Below, piece after piece: positions 35,746 through 47,114 of a stretch of DNA of 64,000 bases. Source of the stretch: Sporopachydermia quercuum (Eukaryota). Positions within the stretch are counted from its first letter, which is position 1; every line of letters starts with the position of its first letter. The translations under genes and the position numbers were made by a program. The DNA lies in assembly GCA_001599295.1 (NCBI GenBank), contig BCGN01000004.1, positions 562,138 to 626,137 of the forward strand, read 5' to 3'. Under the pieces are notes generated by a model, which did not search any database, was not told where the DNA came from, and saw nothing but the letters and a program-made list of their open reading frames with translations.

Positions 35746-38097
35746 CTATTCACTATCAGAGTCGCCCGCAATAAGTTCTGGAATTTCAAATTCTTCATCA
35801 GAATCAGAATCAAAGTCAAATTTGGTCTCTGTGGTGACAGATACAACATCTTCACTTATTATTCTAACTGATTCATGTAAGGAAGAAACATTGAATTCAG
35901 AATCAACAAGCTCTTTCGTTTCCACTAAAACAGCTGTTTCTTCTGATGCTTCCACAATTGTTTCTTCTTTACTAACCTCGGAATTGACTTTGCGAGCCTC
36001 AAGAACCGTAGTACTGAATGTATTTTCGATAGGCTTTTCTACTTTTTCATTGCTACCGCTTTCTATGCTGTCACTTGTATCCAGTCTAATTCTCTTTGTT
36101 TCACGCACATCCACTGCATCGTCAATAGATTTTTCCAATTCTCCCATATCATCAACAACCATTTCTTCAGATACTACCAATGAAGCTGTATTATCAATTT
36201 CAATCTTTCGAACGTTCCTAATAGCGGGGGGAAGTCTAGAATGAACCAACGAGCCTATAACATCATTTGTAGGTAACAAATTAATAGCGATCGGTAAAAT
36301 ACTTGCTGATTGCCCTAATGGAGGATACAAACAACAGACTACTAATAGTTGCTCTAAGCTTGGACTTACCTTACCAATACTTATATAATCGCCTAAAGCA
36401 GGAGATATCTTCTTTTGAGATTGAAGCAAAGCAGTAATAATTGCAAATCGTGAAATAAGTGAATAGAAATGCGTATATGTTTGTTTCTTTTCACTAGTAC
36501 AGCAAGCTAATATGACTTGTATGAAAAACTTTGACACAAGTTCAATATCTTTCAAACGTGGTACCAATGCAAACATCTCAGGACTGGAGATAATATCAGA
36601 CATAGCAGAAGATGCTTCCTTAGAACTCAAAGCGTTTGACTCAAATGATGATAACAATTTTGGTAATTGAACATGAGCAAGCCTCAAGCCAAGATTGCAT
36701 AATATAGTTAAAAATTTTGTGATAGGATTGTTTGAGATAGATTCAGAGGCAAGTTGAGGAATCTTCCCTGTCAAAGCGAGCATCTTTGCCACATTCCTTA
36801 GAATTGACGGCACTAATGCCTCTATTTCTATATCAGCAAATGCAGAACGTGATTTTCTTGATTCCTTTGTAATGTAGAAGCTAACAAAATAATCTAAGTC
36901 AGATATCAAGTCAGGGATGTATAGGATCATAGTTCTTTGGAACCCAGAAACTAAAAGATTCAACAAACGAAATCCACATTTGTGAACCTCAAAAAAGGCT
37001 ATTGGAAGTAATTTATCAGTATCACTAAGTGTATAAGCTGAACGACTGAAAAATTGGTTCTTAGTGTTGAGATTGAGACATAATTGAACTAGTTTGACCA
37101 AATTTTTGATCTTCACTTGAACTAGAACATATGTTGGTTGAGTAATAAAAGCAAATAGTAAAGAGAATAGAATTTGAATATTTTCATGGTATAAGGTTAC
37201 CATTTTTTCTGAGTTTGTTAATCCTTCAGGAAGATTATAAGTCGATAATAGAAAGTTCGATTGCTTTTCAATTACAGCCTCATCATTAGGGCCTAAAAAG
37301 TATGAGAAGATGCCAACAAGTTCATCATTTCTGTTATCACCCAAATCTTGGAAATAGTCCTGTAAAGCAAATTTCAAGGTAGCAACAATTTCTATAACAA
37401 TGGAATCAACGGTTTCTATCCATTCTTTATCCTCTTCTCCTTTTGATGCCGTTAAGTACAATGCGGCATATGTACTATATATCTCTCTTCTCTCAACTCT
37501 ATTGAATGATTGAAAGACAGCTGGACGTTGAAACAACCATTGAAGCTTATTACGAAGCTTTGGAGCATGTGGCCTAAATGTGGTAGAGTTTGATTTCAAA
37601 ATTATCTTCAATGCACTGATTGAAACAACCGTTAAAGCTTTATCTTCCATAGAGGTGTATAATGAAGAAATCAGAGCTGGAAGCTTTGGAGTAAGTAATT
37701 GCCGAGTGAAACTCATTTTGCCGTTACAAAAGTTCACAACATCCATCAATGTTGCAATAGCAGCTTTCCTAGTAATATAAGCATCTTGGTTTGATGTTTG
37801 AACGATTTTTATCAATGTGTTGATCCAATCAGACCCATCAGTAGCCAAGCAAACAGCATTATTGGCAATTGAAACCCGACATAACTGAACAGCACAATAT
37901 CGGATTTTTGCATTCTTGGATTTCATCAAAGTTGTAATTCGTTTAGTATACTTTAGTATATGATTCTTGTTGTCCTCTGCTTTCAAAATTGTTGTACTAT
38001 TAAGTAATTCAATAAGAAATGATGCATTGTTAGGAAGACCTGTCAGGTATGTCTTCGTTACAAGTTCCAGTGATGGAACTTCACCTCCAATGAGCAT
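35746..38097 (-). CDS. RIX1: Pre-rRNA processing protein Rix1 (PELP1-like)
   Basis: 783 aa helical protein with RITTLMKSK, TRQLLTPKLPALI, STTFRPHAPKL, LVHSRLPP and an acidic tail DSDSDEEFEIPELIAGDSDSE. Confidence 0.82.
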   Translation of the reverse strand: MLIGGEVPSLELVTKTYLTGLPNNASFLIELLNSTTILKAEDNKNHILKYTKRITTLMKSKNAKIRYCAVQLCRVSIANNAVCLATDGSDWINTLIKIVQTSNQDAYITRKAAIATLMDVVNFCNGKMSFTRQLLTPKLPALISSLYTSMEDKALTVVSISALKIILKSNSTTFRPHAPKLRNKLQWLFQRPAVFQSFNRVERREIYSTYAALYLTASKGEEDKEWIETVDSIVIEIVATLKFALQDYFQDLGDNRNDELVGIFSYFLGPNDEAVIEKQSNFLLSTYNLPEGLTNSEKMVTLYHENIQILFSLLFAFITQPTYVLVQVKIKNLVKLVQLCLNLNTKNQFFSRSAYTLSDTDKLLPIAFFEVHKCGFRLLNLLVSGFQRTMILYIPDLISDLDYFVSFYITKESRKSRSAFADIEIEALVPSILRNVAKMLALTGKIPQLASESISNNPITKFLTILCNLGLRLAHVQLPKLLSSFESNALSSKEASSAMSDIISSPEMFALVPRLKDIELVSKFFIQVILACCTSEKKQTYTHFYSLISRFAIITALLQSQKKISPALGDYISIGKVSPSLEQLLVVCCLYPPLGQSASILPIAINLLPTNDVIGSLVHSRLPPAIRNVRKIEIDNTASLVVSEEMVVDDMGELEKSIDDAVDVRETKRIRLDTSDSIESGSNEKVEKPIENTFSTTVLEARKVNSEVSKEETIVEASEETAVLVETKELVDSEFNVSSLHESVRIISEDVVSVTTETKFDFDSDSDEEFEIPELIAGDSDSE

Positions 38098-38991
38098 TTT
38101 GATATCTGATGAGAATTTCTCAATAACTTCTTATTTCCAGATGATTGTATAAACTATTGAAAACTGTTAAGCAATTATCAACTATCAAGAATGACAATCA
38201 TAATAACGTTGATGAATGACAACTAATTTACTTCCCATATAATTAATTTTTTTTGCTTAAAACAATCAATTCCCATATAAATAAACTTTTCAGAGTGAAA
38301 AAATCCTACTGTCCTCGAGTGTCCCATTATAGAATAAATTTTGTGTCCGTCAGATATATCAATATCTGGACAAACAATTGATTTGACATCTTTTTAGTGC
38401 CGAAATATACTTGTTATTGTAAATATTGGCATTTAACGATTGCACATCTCTAGAGACCATCGCGCACTGAAATGTTCCTTAAGGAAGACATTCATTTTGT
38501 GCACAGGGTGAGACTTTGAGTTGACCAACCCAACTGTACCCAAAGAAAACATACAAGCCTAAATAAGGTCGATCGGTCTCATCAAGACAATATAACAACG
38601 GAAACAGGTATATCGCAGATAAACAAAGTGGTAAAGAATGAACAACGAGGGAACGTGATTTGGATTGAAACCTAGGTCAAGAGGAATATTAAGTAGTAGG
38701 GGTTGGTCAGAAAAGGATTTAGATTACAGCAATAGTAATCGGCGTATTATCAAACTATTGCCAAACCATTATCAAACCAATCTCGGAAGGTAATTCGAAG
38801 TAGGTCGAGGTCGGAAGTGAATTATATGTCAACGATCTCAAAGAGAACAAATAAATAGAATACTTTTTAAGAGTTCAATTGATAGATTAGCAATCAATGC
38901 AATAAGGACTTTTCATTTAGAAGAAAATCTGGTTTATTGAGGAAAAGAAGAACAGCGTGCTACAGGGTCAAATAACTAAAAGCGAAACGGT

Positions 38992-39675
38992 ATGGCGAAA
39001 CCAATTACGACAACTCAAGTGTTTTTGTTCATACCCAATCTAATCGGGTATTCAAGAGTANTATTTGCACTTGCATCTTTGTATTATATGCGATGGCACC
39101 CTAAATATTGTACAGTCCTCTACTCTATTTCTTGTTTGTTAGATGCCCTTGATGGTGCAGCAGCCAGGAAGTATAACCAAACATCAAGCTTCGGTGCCGT
39201 GCTTGATATGGTTACTGATCGTTGTACTACTTCAAGTTTGATCTGCTTTCTTTGCGTTGCTTATCCCAATTATGCCATTCTCTTCCAATTACTGATTTCT
39301 CTCGACTTGGCTTCTCATTATATGCATATGTATGCAATGATCACCACTGGGAGCGCATCACATAAGAAAGTTGGTGAAGATTCATGGGTTTTGAAATTAT
39401 ACTATACAAATACTCGTGTTCTATTCTTGTTCTGTGCAGCTAATGAGTTGTTTTTCTTGGCTCTTTACTTGTATTCTTTTCCATTGAAGACTCCTCCCAA
39501 CCTTGGTTATATTTATGGAGTACCACTTAGTTATGCTACTCTTATCGGCATCGTCACTTTCCCTATGTGGGCTGGGAAACAAATCATCAATGTTATTCAA
39601 ATGATTCGAGCTGCTAAGATTTTAGCAGAAAGAGATGTTGAAGAACGTAATGGAAAACTTCAAAAATCTACTTGA
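38992..39675 (+). CDS. PIS1: CDP-diacylglycerol--inositol 3-phosphatidyltransferase
   Basis: FIPNLIGYSR and the CDP-alcohol phosphotransferase motif DALDGAAARKYNQTSSFGAVLDMVTDR; LDLASHYMHMY. Confidence 0.97.
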   Translation: MAKPITTTQVFLFIPNLIGYSRVXFALASLYYMRWHPKYCTVLYSISCLLDALDGAAARKYNQTSSFGAVLDMVTDRCTTSSLICFLCVAYPNYAILFQLLISLDLASHYMHMYAMITTGSASHKKVGEDSWVLKLYYTNTRVLFLFCAANELFFLALYLYSFPLKTPPNLGYIYGVPLSYATLIGIVTFPMWAGKQIINVIQMIRAAKILAERDVEERNGKLQKST

Positions 39676-40202
39676 GAAGTTATTATGTCTAGTTCACCAC
39701 TTCTTGCCTATAATCTTCAATCAGCTTATACAATTTAGATCTTGGGAGCAGCAACATTGGTATTAGACAACTAATCATTTCAAGGCACATACAAGTTAAT
39801 CCAAACAATCCGAACAAGCTGTTAATTCTTAATCATTTAAAGTATATACATTTCTGAAAGCAAGTACGGACAATAATCAAATCAATGATTCAATTTATAG
39901 TTCAATCAGCTTTTACAGCTATCAGTCAATTCATTGTTTTCAGTATGAACACTACTGTCATGTATCATCTACGATCAAAATAAAACAACTATTGAGTATT
40001 AATCCCAGATACATTTGACTATACATTTCAAAACTAAATCACCACCAATACCTTTCTAACAGTAAATCACTTTCCTCGTTCCCAATAGCTACTACTCCTC
40101 CTGGCCTGAAACAAACAGTTCTACAACTGCCTCAACCGATACACGTAAAATCACTTCCAAGAAACGTAAAAAGACTAAAAAACAATGAAAAATAAAAGAG
40201 GG

Positions 40203-40393
40203 GTCAGAAATCATCCTTTATAGCGTCCGTGTATGTAACAAGGTATGGTGCGCCGAACGCCTTCACCATCTTCGTCAACCCAGTCCGGTCAGGGACACAC
40301 GCAAAAGGAACCAAAAGGCTCAACTTCCACGGGGAAAACGTAAGTAAAAACGCAAGATTTTCATCATATAGTTGTAAAAACTTGGAAGGATAT
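40203..40393 (-). ncRNA. SNR45: snR45/U13-type box C/D snoRNA (guide for 18S rRNA 3'-end cytidine acetylation); ends approximate
   Basis: The minus strand reads ATCCTTCCAAGTTTTT..ATGATGA (box C, 40367-40361)..ACCTTGTTAC..GGACGCT..TTCTGA (box D, 40207-40204). ATCCTTCC and ACCTTGTTAC are complementary to 18S GGAAGGAU and GUAACAAGGU, which flank helix 45. Confidence 0.88.
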
Positions 40394-40659
40394 TACTAAA
40401 GAAAGGAAAAAAGAAAGGAAAAAAAATGCTATAGATTTCATTCGTTCTATTGATTGCAAAGGAATGAAAGTGATANACAGCACATCATTTTCTTTATGTA
40501 CTTTTCCCAACACATACTAAACAATTTTTTGCGACCAACAAAACTTGAAACGAGACCTGTGGTTACCATGACAGTATATTGGGGCATGCGTATATACCAG
40601 TATTTGTTCATTTTCACTTGCCCGATTTGGATTTTCACATGTACGTTTATCATAAGAAG

Positions 40660-40669
40660 TGAAATTTTT
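40660..40669. promoter_or_regulatory. RRPE element (TGAAATTTTT) in the shared snR45/NOC4 promoter
   Basis: Motif match between two divergent ribosome-biogenesis genes. Confidence 0.5.
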
Positions 40670-40949
40670 TGATTTCTGTGTGAATTTGAATATTCATTTG
40701 TTAGGCGAATTGAAGAACCTACCTGTTGAATGAATAAACTAATCAATGAATGATATGATTGTCCCTTAGACAACATTTCAACCAAAAAACTAATACATTT
40801 CTATAAGGCCATTGTTTGAAATTCAATACAAGACGGCTTGGAAGCTGGTAGAAAAAATAAATAAAGGATAGTTGCCTTCGGCCTGAATTGCGTACTGATA
40901 GTAAGTGAGGGTGATTCACAAGGTCTGGTTTATCGGGGAATCAGCAAAG

Positions 40950-42788
40950 ATGGCTAAGTTATCGCTGAAAATTAGCCATGGCGGAAGCAAGAAAAGGGTG
41001 GAAGTGTCAGAGAAGGGGAAGAAAGTCAAGAGTGCAGTTGACACCAAAGCGGCAGGCGAAATGTTAAGCAAGAATGAAATAGCTAAGCAAGCCAAGGGAA
41101 TTGAAGAATCACCAAAATATTACAATAATCTGAGTACTTTAATCAAACAGATTAGTTTGCTTACGAAAAAGATCAAAAAAGGTGAAAAATCTGTAGTAGA
41201 AGGTGAAACGAATGAAGAGAATCTTTTATATCTATTGTCAAGCTTATTCCGATGTTTTGGCATGTTAATGAAAAAAGGTGTTCTAGTATCAGGAATGAGG
41301 AATACTATTTCAATTGAAAGCAATGAAGAACCAGTTAATCCTGCCTCTAAAATTAATATTTGGCTCAGAACAAGATACCATGATTTTACTTCGAGATTGT
41401 TAAAGCTAATGAGAGCCCCTGTAAATGAAGATGATTTGGATACAAGTGTATCCATTGCCTTTGCTTCTTTATCTGTTCTGCTAAGGCTAGTGAAAGAGGA
41501 GTCAATTTATTTTGCCCCTAATGATGGCGAAAAGTATTTTTCTACAAAATTGTTCAACTCTATTGCTGAGTCTTTATTATACTCTTCTATAGAATTTGGA
41601 GTAGAAGAAGGTGAAGCTATTATGGAACAATTTGTTGAACAATATTTTTCGAAGTATAACGACATCCGTTATTACTTTTTCACTGAATCTTGTGAAATAG
41701 TGAAAACGGCACGAGAGAGTAAAACCAAAGAAGAACAACAACATTTATTTTCTAACATATTTATGATTCTCACATCGATGAAATCCCTCGACGTGAAAGA
41801 AGCAAGTCTTGCAGAATTAACAAAGAGTAGTATCAGCAATGAAGAGAACGCCAAATCTAAGGGTATTTACAGTTGGGTATCTAATACACCTTCCAAAGCA
41901 TTTAAGGAAGGACCAAGAAAAACAGCAGTTCAAAAACTATGGATTGAAACGCTGAAATTGTCATTAAGTAGCTCACAGTATAAATCTGTATTGTTTGTTC
42001 TTCATAAACGAATTATCCCTTTCTTTGCTAACCCTCATTACTTGATGGATTTCCTTACTGAGTGTTACGATTTTGGCGAAGGAGTTATACCAATTCTCGC
42101 ATTAAATGGACTATTTGAGTTGATCCGAAAGCATAACTTGGATTATCCTAAATTTTACGATAAGCTGTACTCGCTATTCAATGACAGTTTGCTCCACATG
42201 GTTTACCGCTCAAGATTCATAAGATTATCTGATCTTTTTTTATCATCAACCCATTTACCAGCTGCTCTTGTTGGAGCTTTCATCAAAAGAATGGCAAGGT
42301 TGACTTTAACTGCTCCTCCTGCTGGAACTGCTATTGTTATTCCTTTCATATATAACCTACTGAAGAGACATCCTACTTGCATGATTTTAATTCATAAACC
42401 AAAACATTTCGATTCTATTAGTATTTCAAATGAGAATAGTGATCCTTTCAACAATGATGAAAAAGATCCATTGAAATCAAATGCACTGGACTCTTCAATA
42501 TGGGAAATTGAAACACTCACAACCCATTATCATCCAAACGTTGCAACATTAGCCAGGATATTCTCCGAACCTTTCCATAAACCTAAATATAATATGGAAG
42601 ATTTCTTAGATTTGAGTTACTCTACAATGCTTGATGCCGAGAAAAGCAAGAGGATCCGGGATTCAAGATTACCTGCAATAGAATATGAAGAATGGGATGA
42701 AACCGTGAAAGAAGGAACTCATCGTCATAATAATGGTGATGATGATGAGAATTTGAAAACAGTGTATTTAGAAGGATGGGTCATCTAA
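40950..42788 (+). CDS. NOC4: Nucleolar complex protein 4 (CBF/Mak21 family); start at ATG 40950 rather than the tracked GTG 40905
   Basis: LHKRIIPFF, LMDFLTECYD, LALNGLFELIRKHNLDYPKFYDKLY, FLSSTHLPAALV, HYHPNVATLARIF, YNMEDFLD. Confidence 0.95.
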   Translation: MAKLSLKISHGGSKKRVEVSEKGKKVKSAVDTKAAGEMLSKNEIAKQAKGIEESPKYYNNLSTLIKQISLLTKKIKKGEKSVVEGETNEENLLYLLSSLFRCFGMLMKKGVLVSGMRNTISIESNEEPVNPASKINIWLRTRYHDFTSRLLKLMRAPVNEDDLDTSVSIAFASLSVLLRLVKEESIYFAPNDGEKYFSTKLFNSIAESLLYSSIEFGVEEGEAIMEQFVEQYFSKYNDIRYYFFTESCEIVKTARESKTKEEQQHLFSNIFMILTSMKSLDVKEASLAELTKSSISNEENAKSKGIYSWVSNTPSKAFKEGPRKTAVQKLWIETLKLSLSSSQYKSVLFVLHKRIIPFFANPHYLMDFLTECYDFGEGVIPILALNGLFELIRKHNLDYPKFYDKLYSLFNDSLLHMVYRSRFIRLSDLFLSSTHLPAALVGAFIKRMARLTLTAPPAGTAIVIPFIYNLLKRHPTCMILIHKPKHFDSISISNENSDPFNNDEKDPLKSNALDSSIWEIETLTTHYHPNVATLARIFSEPFHKPKYNMEDFLDLSYSTMLDAEKSKRIRDSRLPAIEYEEWDETVKEGTHRHNNGDDDENLKTVYLEGWVI

Positions 42789-43025
42789 AAAGGAGAGATG
42801 AATAAATAATAGATTGGTTACTATAAATACAAAAGTAATGTTATCATTCATCATATGATTTATTCTATTAGTATTTTAAGTGAATACTAAACTATAATAA
42901 TCTATGCAGAAATATGCAGAAATAAATAAGCCGTAAAAATAATTTTTATCTCATTTCAAAACGTTAACACTAGAAAAATTATAATCCTTCCCCTCATAAA
43001 AAGCGATATCACACATTATCATACA

Positions 43026-44118
43026 TCAACAATCATTCCCTATACCTTTATACTTATGAATCATTCTCAAGGAAACTTCATAAAACCAAATAGACAAAGC
43101 ACTACTTGGTGCAGCTTTAAGCAATGATACAAAATAACCTTTGTACAGTCCACGTACACCTTCCTGGCGTAATACTATGAACAAGCATCCTAGAATACTT
43201 CTGGGATACCGTGGAACGCCTTTCACAATGTATCTTAACCTATCAGGACCTTGAACTTGAAGTCTTCTCCGTACTAAATCTAATGGAAAAACAATTCCTT
43301 TAGACAAAGTACCAGCAATTATTCCACATATTGGTTCCAGCAGATTAGGGGTAGTTACAGGTTCCAATAATCTTCTAGCTGTTTCATATGAAAAAAATAA
43401 TGAACCCATATATGGAGCCACTGCTAATAGTGCAGGACTCAAACCTGAATAAAAGGCCGATAAACCTTCTCTAGTATAAATATGATGAATCGCATTTGGT
43501 ATAGACGTGAAAATTCGATCAGCTCCGTTTCCTTGAATCGCAAATCTCGTTCTAAGTACATCAAACGGATACGTGGCTGCAACACTTGTACAGCCACCTG
43601 TTGCTCCTGATATGAATGACTGAATCTCTGATGGCAACCTATAATTATATTTCTGTTGTAGTCTGTTCAGCACTTGATTGGTAGTATTATATGTTGAAAA
43701 CTGTACAGCCCCATATAATAAATATAGCAGTTCAGCCGATATATTTCCTTTCCAAAAACCCCTGAATCCTTCCTCTCTGATTATTGTTTCAACAGACTTT
43801 ATCAGTCCGTTATATTTTGTTTCATGCCCTGATTTCACTTGAAGTTGAAATCGTATTTTCAACACGTCTAATGGAGATATTATCAGTCTAAATGAATATG
43901 TTAATAGACTAGCCAATTGATAAATGACTGGAATTGAGCTATTCATTCTAGCTTAATAAGTCACTAATCTATTACATCTGAGTTCTGTAGCTTCCTGTAG
44001 CTTCTATCGAATTAAACTAATGTTGAACTTACCTTACCGCAGCACCGGAAAATGCACCACTGATAATAGCATCCCTATTATCAACCAAAGATTCTCTGTG
44101 TAAATGATCACTCGCCAT
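43026..44118 (-). CDS. TPC1: Mitochondrial thiamine pyrophosphate carrier; exons 44118-44033, 43887-43026
   Basis: Exon 1 MASDHLHRESLVDNRDAIISGAFSGAAVR joins through intron GTAAGT..ATTAAC..TAG to LIISPLDVLKIRFQLQ. Three carrier PxDxx(K/R) motifs, FWKGNISAELLYLLYGAVQF, SLLKAAPSS. Neighbour of RRP46 as in S. cerevisiae. Confidence 0.88.
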
Positions 44119-45890
44119 TTGTATAAGTTTTCTCCAACAGTCTAGTTTGTGTTAAAGGCAGAAAAAATACCTTTCTTCTCTTCATTCAANTATATGCAAT
44201 TAGCAAAGCCAGTACAAGAAACAGAAAACATCAATTACTGTGACTATGCCTTCTTCTTTCAAATTCTTTACCTTATTCTATCAATGTCACGTTCGCCTCA
44301 TCATTAGAAGCTTTCTCCAAGAAATAAGGGTTTTGAGAACCAAGTAACTGATTTAACTCTGCTTTAATTAAACTGTTCTTGGGCCTGCTTATTTTTCTAC
44401 TCTATTGATAGTCCGTGAGTAGGTAAAATAAGAATCAGTGCTTCTCAAGTTCTAAATCTTTTGTTGTGTTTCGAGTAACATTTACACCTCATCTGAAACG
44501 CAGTAACGTCATCAAATAACTCAACCAATAATATATTTTCTTCTCTTAGAAAGTACTTGAGTGCACATACACATAAATGATTATATAGAGATAGCAATGA
44601 TTCATGCTAATCTTGCTTTAATACCGGAGAAATAAATTTATTACCAGAAAACTTCTTTTTACCGAATCGGGTATAGGAAGGATATAGTTCGTTCATTCCA
44701 TTCTGGTGGAGAACTTTAGTAGCATTGGCGAGGGAAAATGGGTATTAGAACAGAATGAATGGTAAACAGTGATTAGTGACTAAGAAGCGACAGTCATCTA
44801 TATAGAGTGAAATATAGATTTCAGTAAAGTTTTTCTATTCTGTTAGTTAGAGGAGAGGATATTTACTAGCATATTTAGCAAGTATAGTGGAAATATAGTA
44901 AAAGGGTATGCATTTAAAAGAGATAATAAAAGAGGAGAAAGAGTGGAGATAAGGTTGAAGAAATATGTAGATATGATGCATTGTTCTGCAGGTTGGGATA
45001 TTCTGTCAAACTTTCTGATAATAGTGTAAAACAGGAATGGTTACTTTCCAACCATCAGATTGTTTGATAATAGTACAAATATTGTTTTTCTGTTGTAATT
45101 CAACAGTAGAGTATGTATTGGATAAGGGGATTCGTCATTCAAAAAGCTAGAACTTGGGGTTTATGTATGCATCAATTCCATGCAAGGAACTTTATTGAAC
45201 TTTAGCGTAGACAGTATCTTTCTGGAGCTTTCGAGGATCAACCTCATCAATGACTCAAGATAATGTAGTAGAGTTTTGACCAAGCTTTTTATAGAACAGT
45301 CTGCCTCTATTTTCTGTATGTCATTTCACTTTCACAGCTATTACATACTGTTAATTATAAACTTTGCTCCTGCTCATTTAAGTTTAATCCTTTAGTCTCT
45401 GTAGGTTTATAGCCTAACTCTATCTTCCCTTTAATGATCAATTGACGAGCAAACATTATCTTGCGTACTGGTTCCTATTTTTTCTTAATTCACCTACATA
45501 GGTGAATAGCAGCAGTTTCATATTTAATGTATTTAACTACCTTGCAATTTACCTAAAGCATACAGCCTCATTCTTCTCATTCTCAAACAGTTACTTGTCA
45601 ACAAGCAACATAAAAGATTGATCAAGTATGTATAAATATGCAACATATGCAAATGATACGTAAATATACATGATTGTATTATTTTGCCTATTCGATATGG
45701 GACAGAAATATTCCAGCAAAAACAAAAATATTCAAATCGTCCTTTTCTTCCTCTCGTAAGATTATCCGCTTCTTCACTGATAATTGATTATCGAAGCTTT
45801 TACTGAAACTTATTTGTTCATTCAAAATTGATCCTTCGATTTCTTCAACGATCTATTATTTTACTGATTTTTGTGAATAATTTGCATAAA

Positions 45891-46806
45891 ATGTCGACAA
45901 AAGATTCAATACTTTTGTCTAGACTAGGAGCCGTCGATGGCTCTTGTGTATTAGAATCAGGACCTACAAGAGTCATCTGTTCAGTTTCTGGTCCAATTGA
46001 ATCAAAATCAAGGCAAGAGCGACCAACAGAAGCTGCTATTGAAGTTATTGTGCGTCCATCTGTTGGACTTCCTAGTATGTTCTATTACTGAGTGTTTAGT
46101 GAATGGTCTTACATATTCCTTAGGCATTTATTTCCACTTCAGTTTTTTTTCTATAAAATTATAATTGGGAACAAAGAATATAATACTAACAGGATTATTA
46201 TTCTAGCTACACGAGAGCATTTATTAGAACAAAAGCTTGCGGCTATTGTTTCTAATGTGATACTAAAAGAAAAATACCCACGGGCATTAATTCAGATTGT
46301 CGTCCAATTCCTTGAAACGGGTGAACTGGTTGATTTTGTAAGTATTACTTTTGGCACAATGATATTTTCCGCCCTGTGACTATTCACTTTACTAGCTGCT
46401 AACGATGCTTTCCTTTCTTTAATTCCAGACCGCAAGAGAACTAGCCACAGGCATCAATAGCATTTTCTTANGTCTCATCAATGGTAATATTCCATTAAGG
46501 GTATCGTTTGGAGCTGTAGTGATATCATTAAAAGATAATAATACGACAGAGAATATCAAGGATAGACTAGTTATAAATCCAGATCAAACGGAAATGAGTG
46601 ATTCGAAATCAATTCATGTGATTGGATACGAACTGAAGGATGGTCAAGTAAGCGATTTACTTTTTTGTGAATCAAATGGCTCTTTTACTGAATATGACCT
46701 ACTTGCAGTAATAGACGAAGCTGGTGTTGTTATCGAGAGAATTCATAAACGAATGAGAAAAGCAATTGCAAAAAATATCAATAATAAACTGATATGGAAA
46801 GATTAA
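45891..46806 (+). CDS. RRP46: Exosome core subunit Rrp46 (RNase PH family); exons 45891-46074, 46207-46337, 46429-46806
   Basis: LGAVDGS, VICSVSGPIE, EVIVRPSVG, TREHLLE, KYPRALIQIVVQFL, RELATGINSIFL. Introns GTATGT..TACTAAC..TAG and GTAAGT..GCTAAC..CAG join the three tracked fragments in frame. Confidence 0.9.
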
Positions 46807-47114
46807 CAACTTAATTAAATTGAGGAGTAGTGAGTTCTAGGTGACGTGTGAATACGAATACGAGTGAAGATGAGGATGTGATCACCTGTAATATAGCCAT
46901 AATGCATTTTGCAATATATGCAATTCCTATCTGTAATGCGCATAAACACTGCTTTTCTAGAATTGTAACATTCACATATAGTTTTACTGATTCTTGCTAA
47001 TAATCTATAGATATACCAAGCCACGACTGACGCACCTACTATACATTAACTCAAATACCAAAGAAAACACAGTATTTTCAGTTTACTTATACAAAAATTG
47101 ATACTTTTATCTAT

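Noticed and set aside
40632..40641. UAS-INO/ICRE motif TTTTCACATG near PIS1
   Set aside because: It is downstream of PIS1, in the snR45/NOC4 spacer; a single short match with no functional link.
4237..44118. Metabolic clusters (MIOX + PIS1 for inositol; ECM15 + TPC1 for thiamine) or a TPP riboswitch in their introns
   Set aside because: The genes are over 30 kb apart with unrelated genes between, and no TPP aptamer consensus was seen in the introns.
45222..45290. Hammerhead-like TGATGA..GAAA on the minus strand
   Set aside because: C3 is absent, stem II does not form in register, and stem I does not pair.
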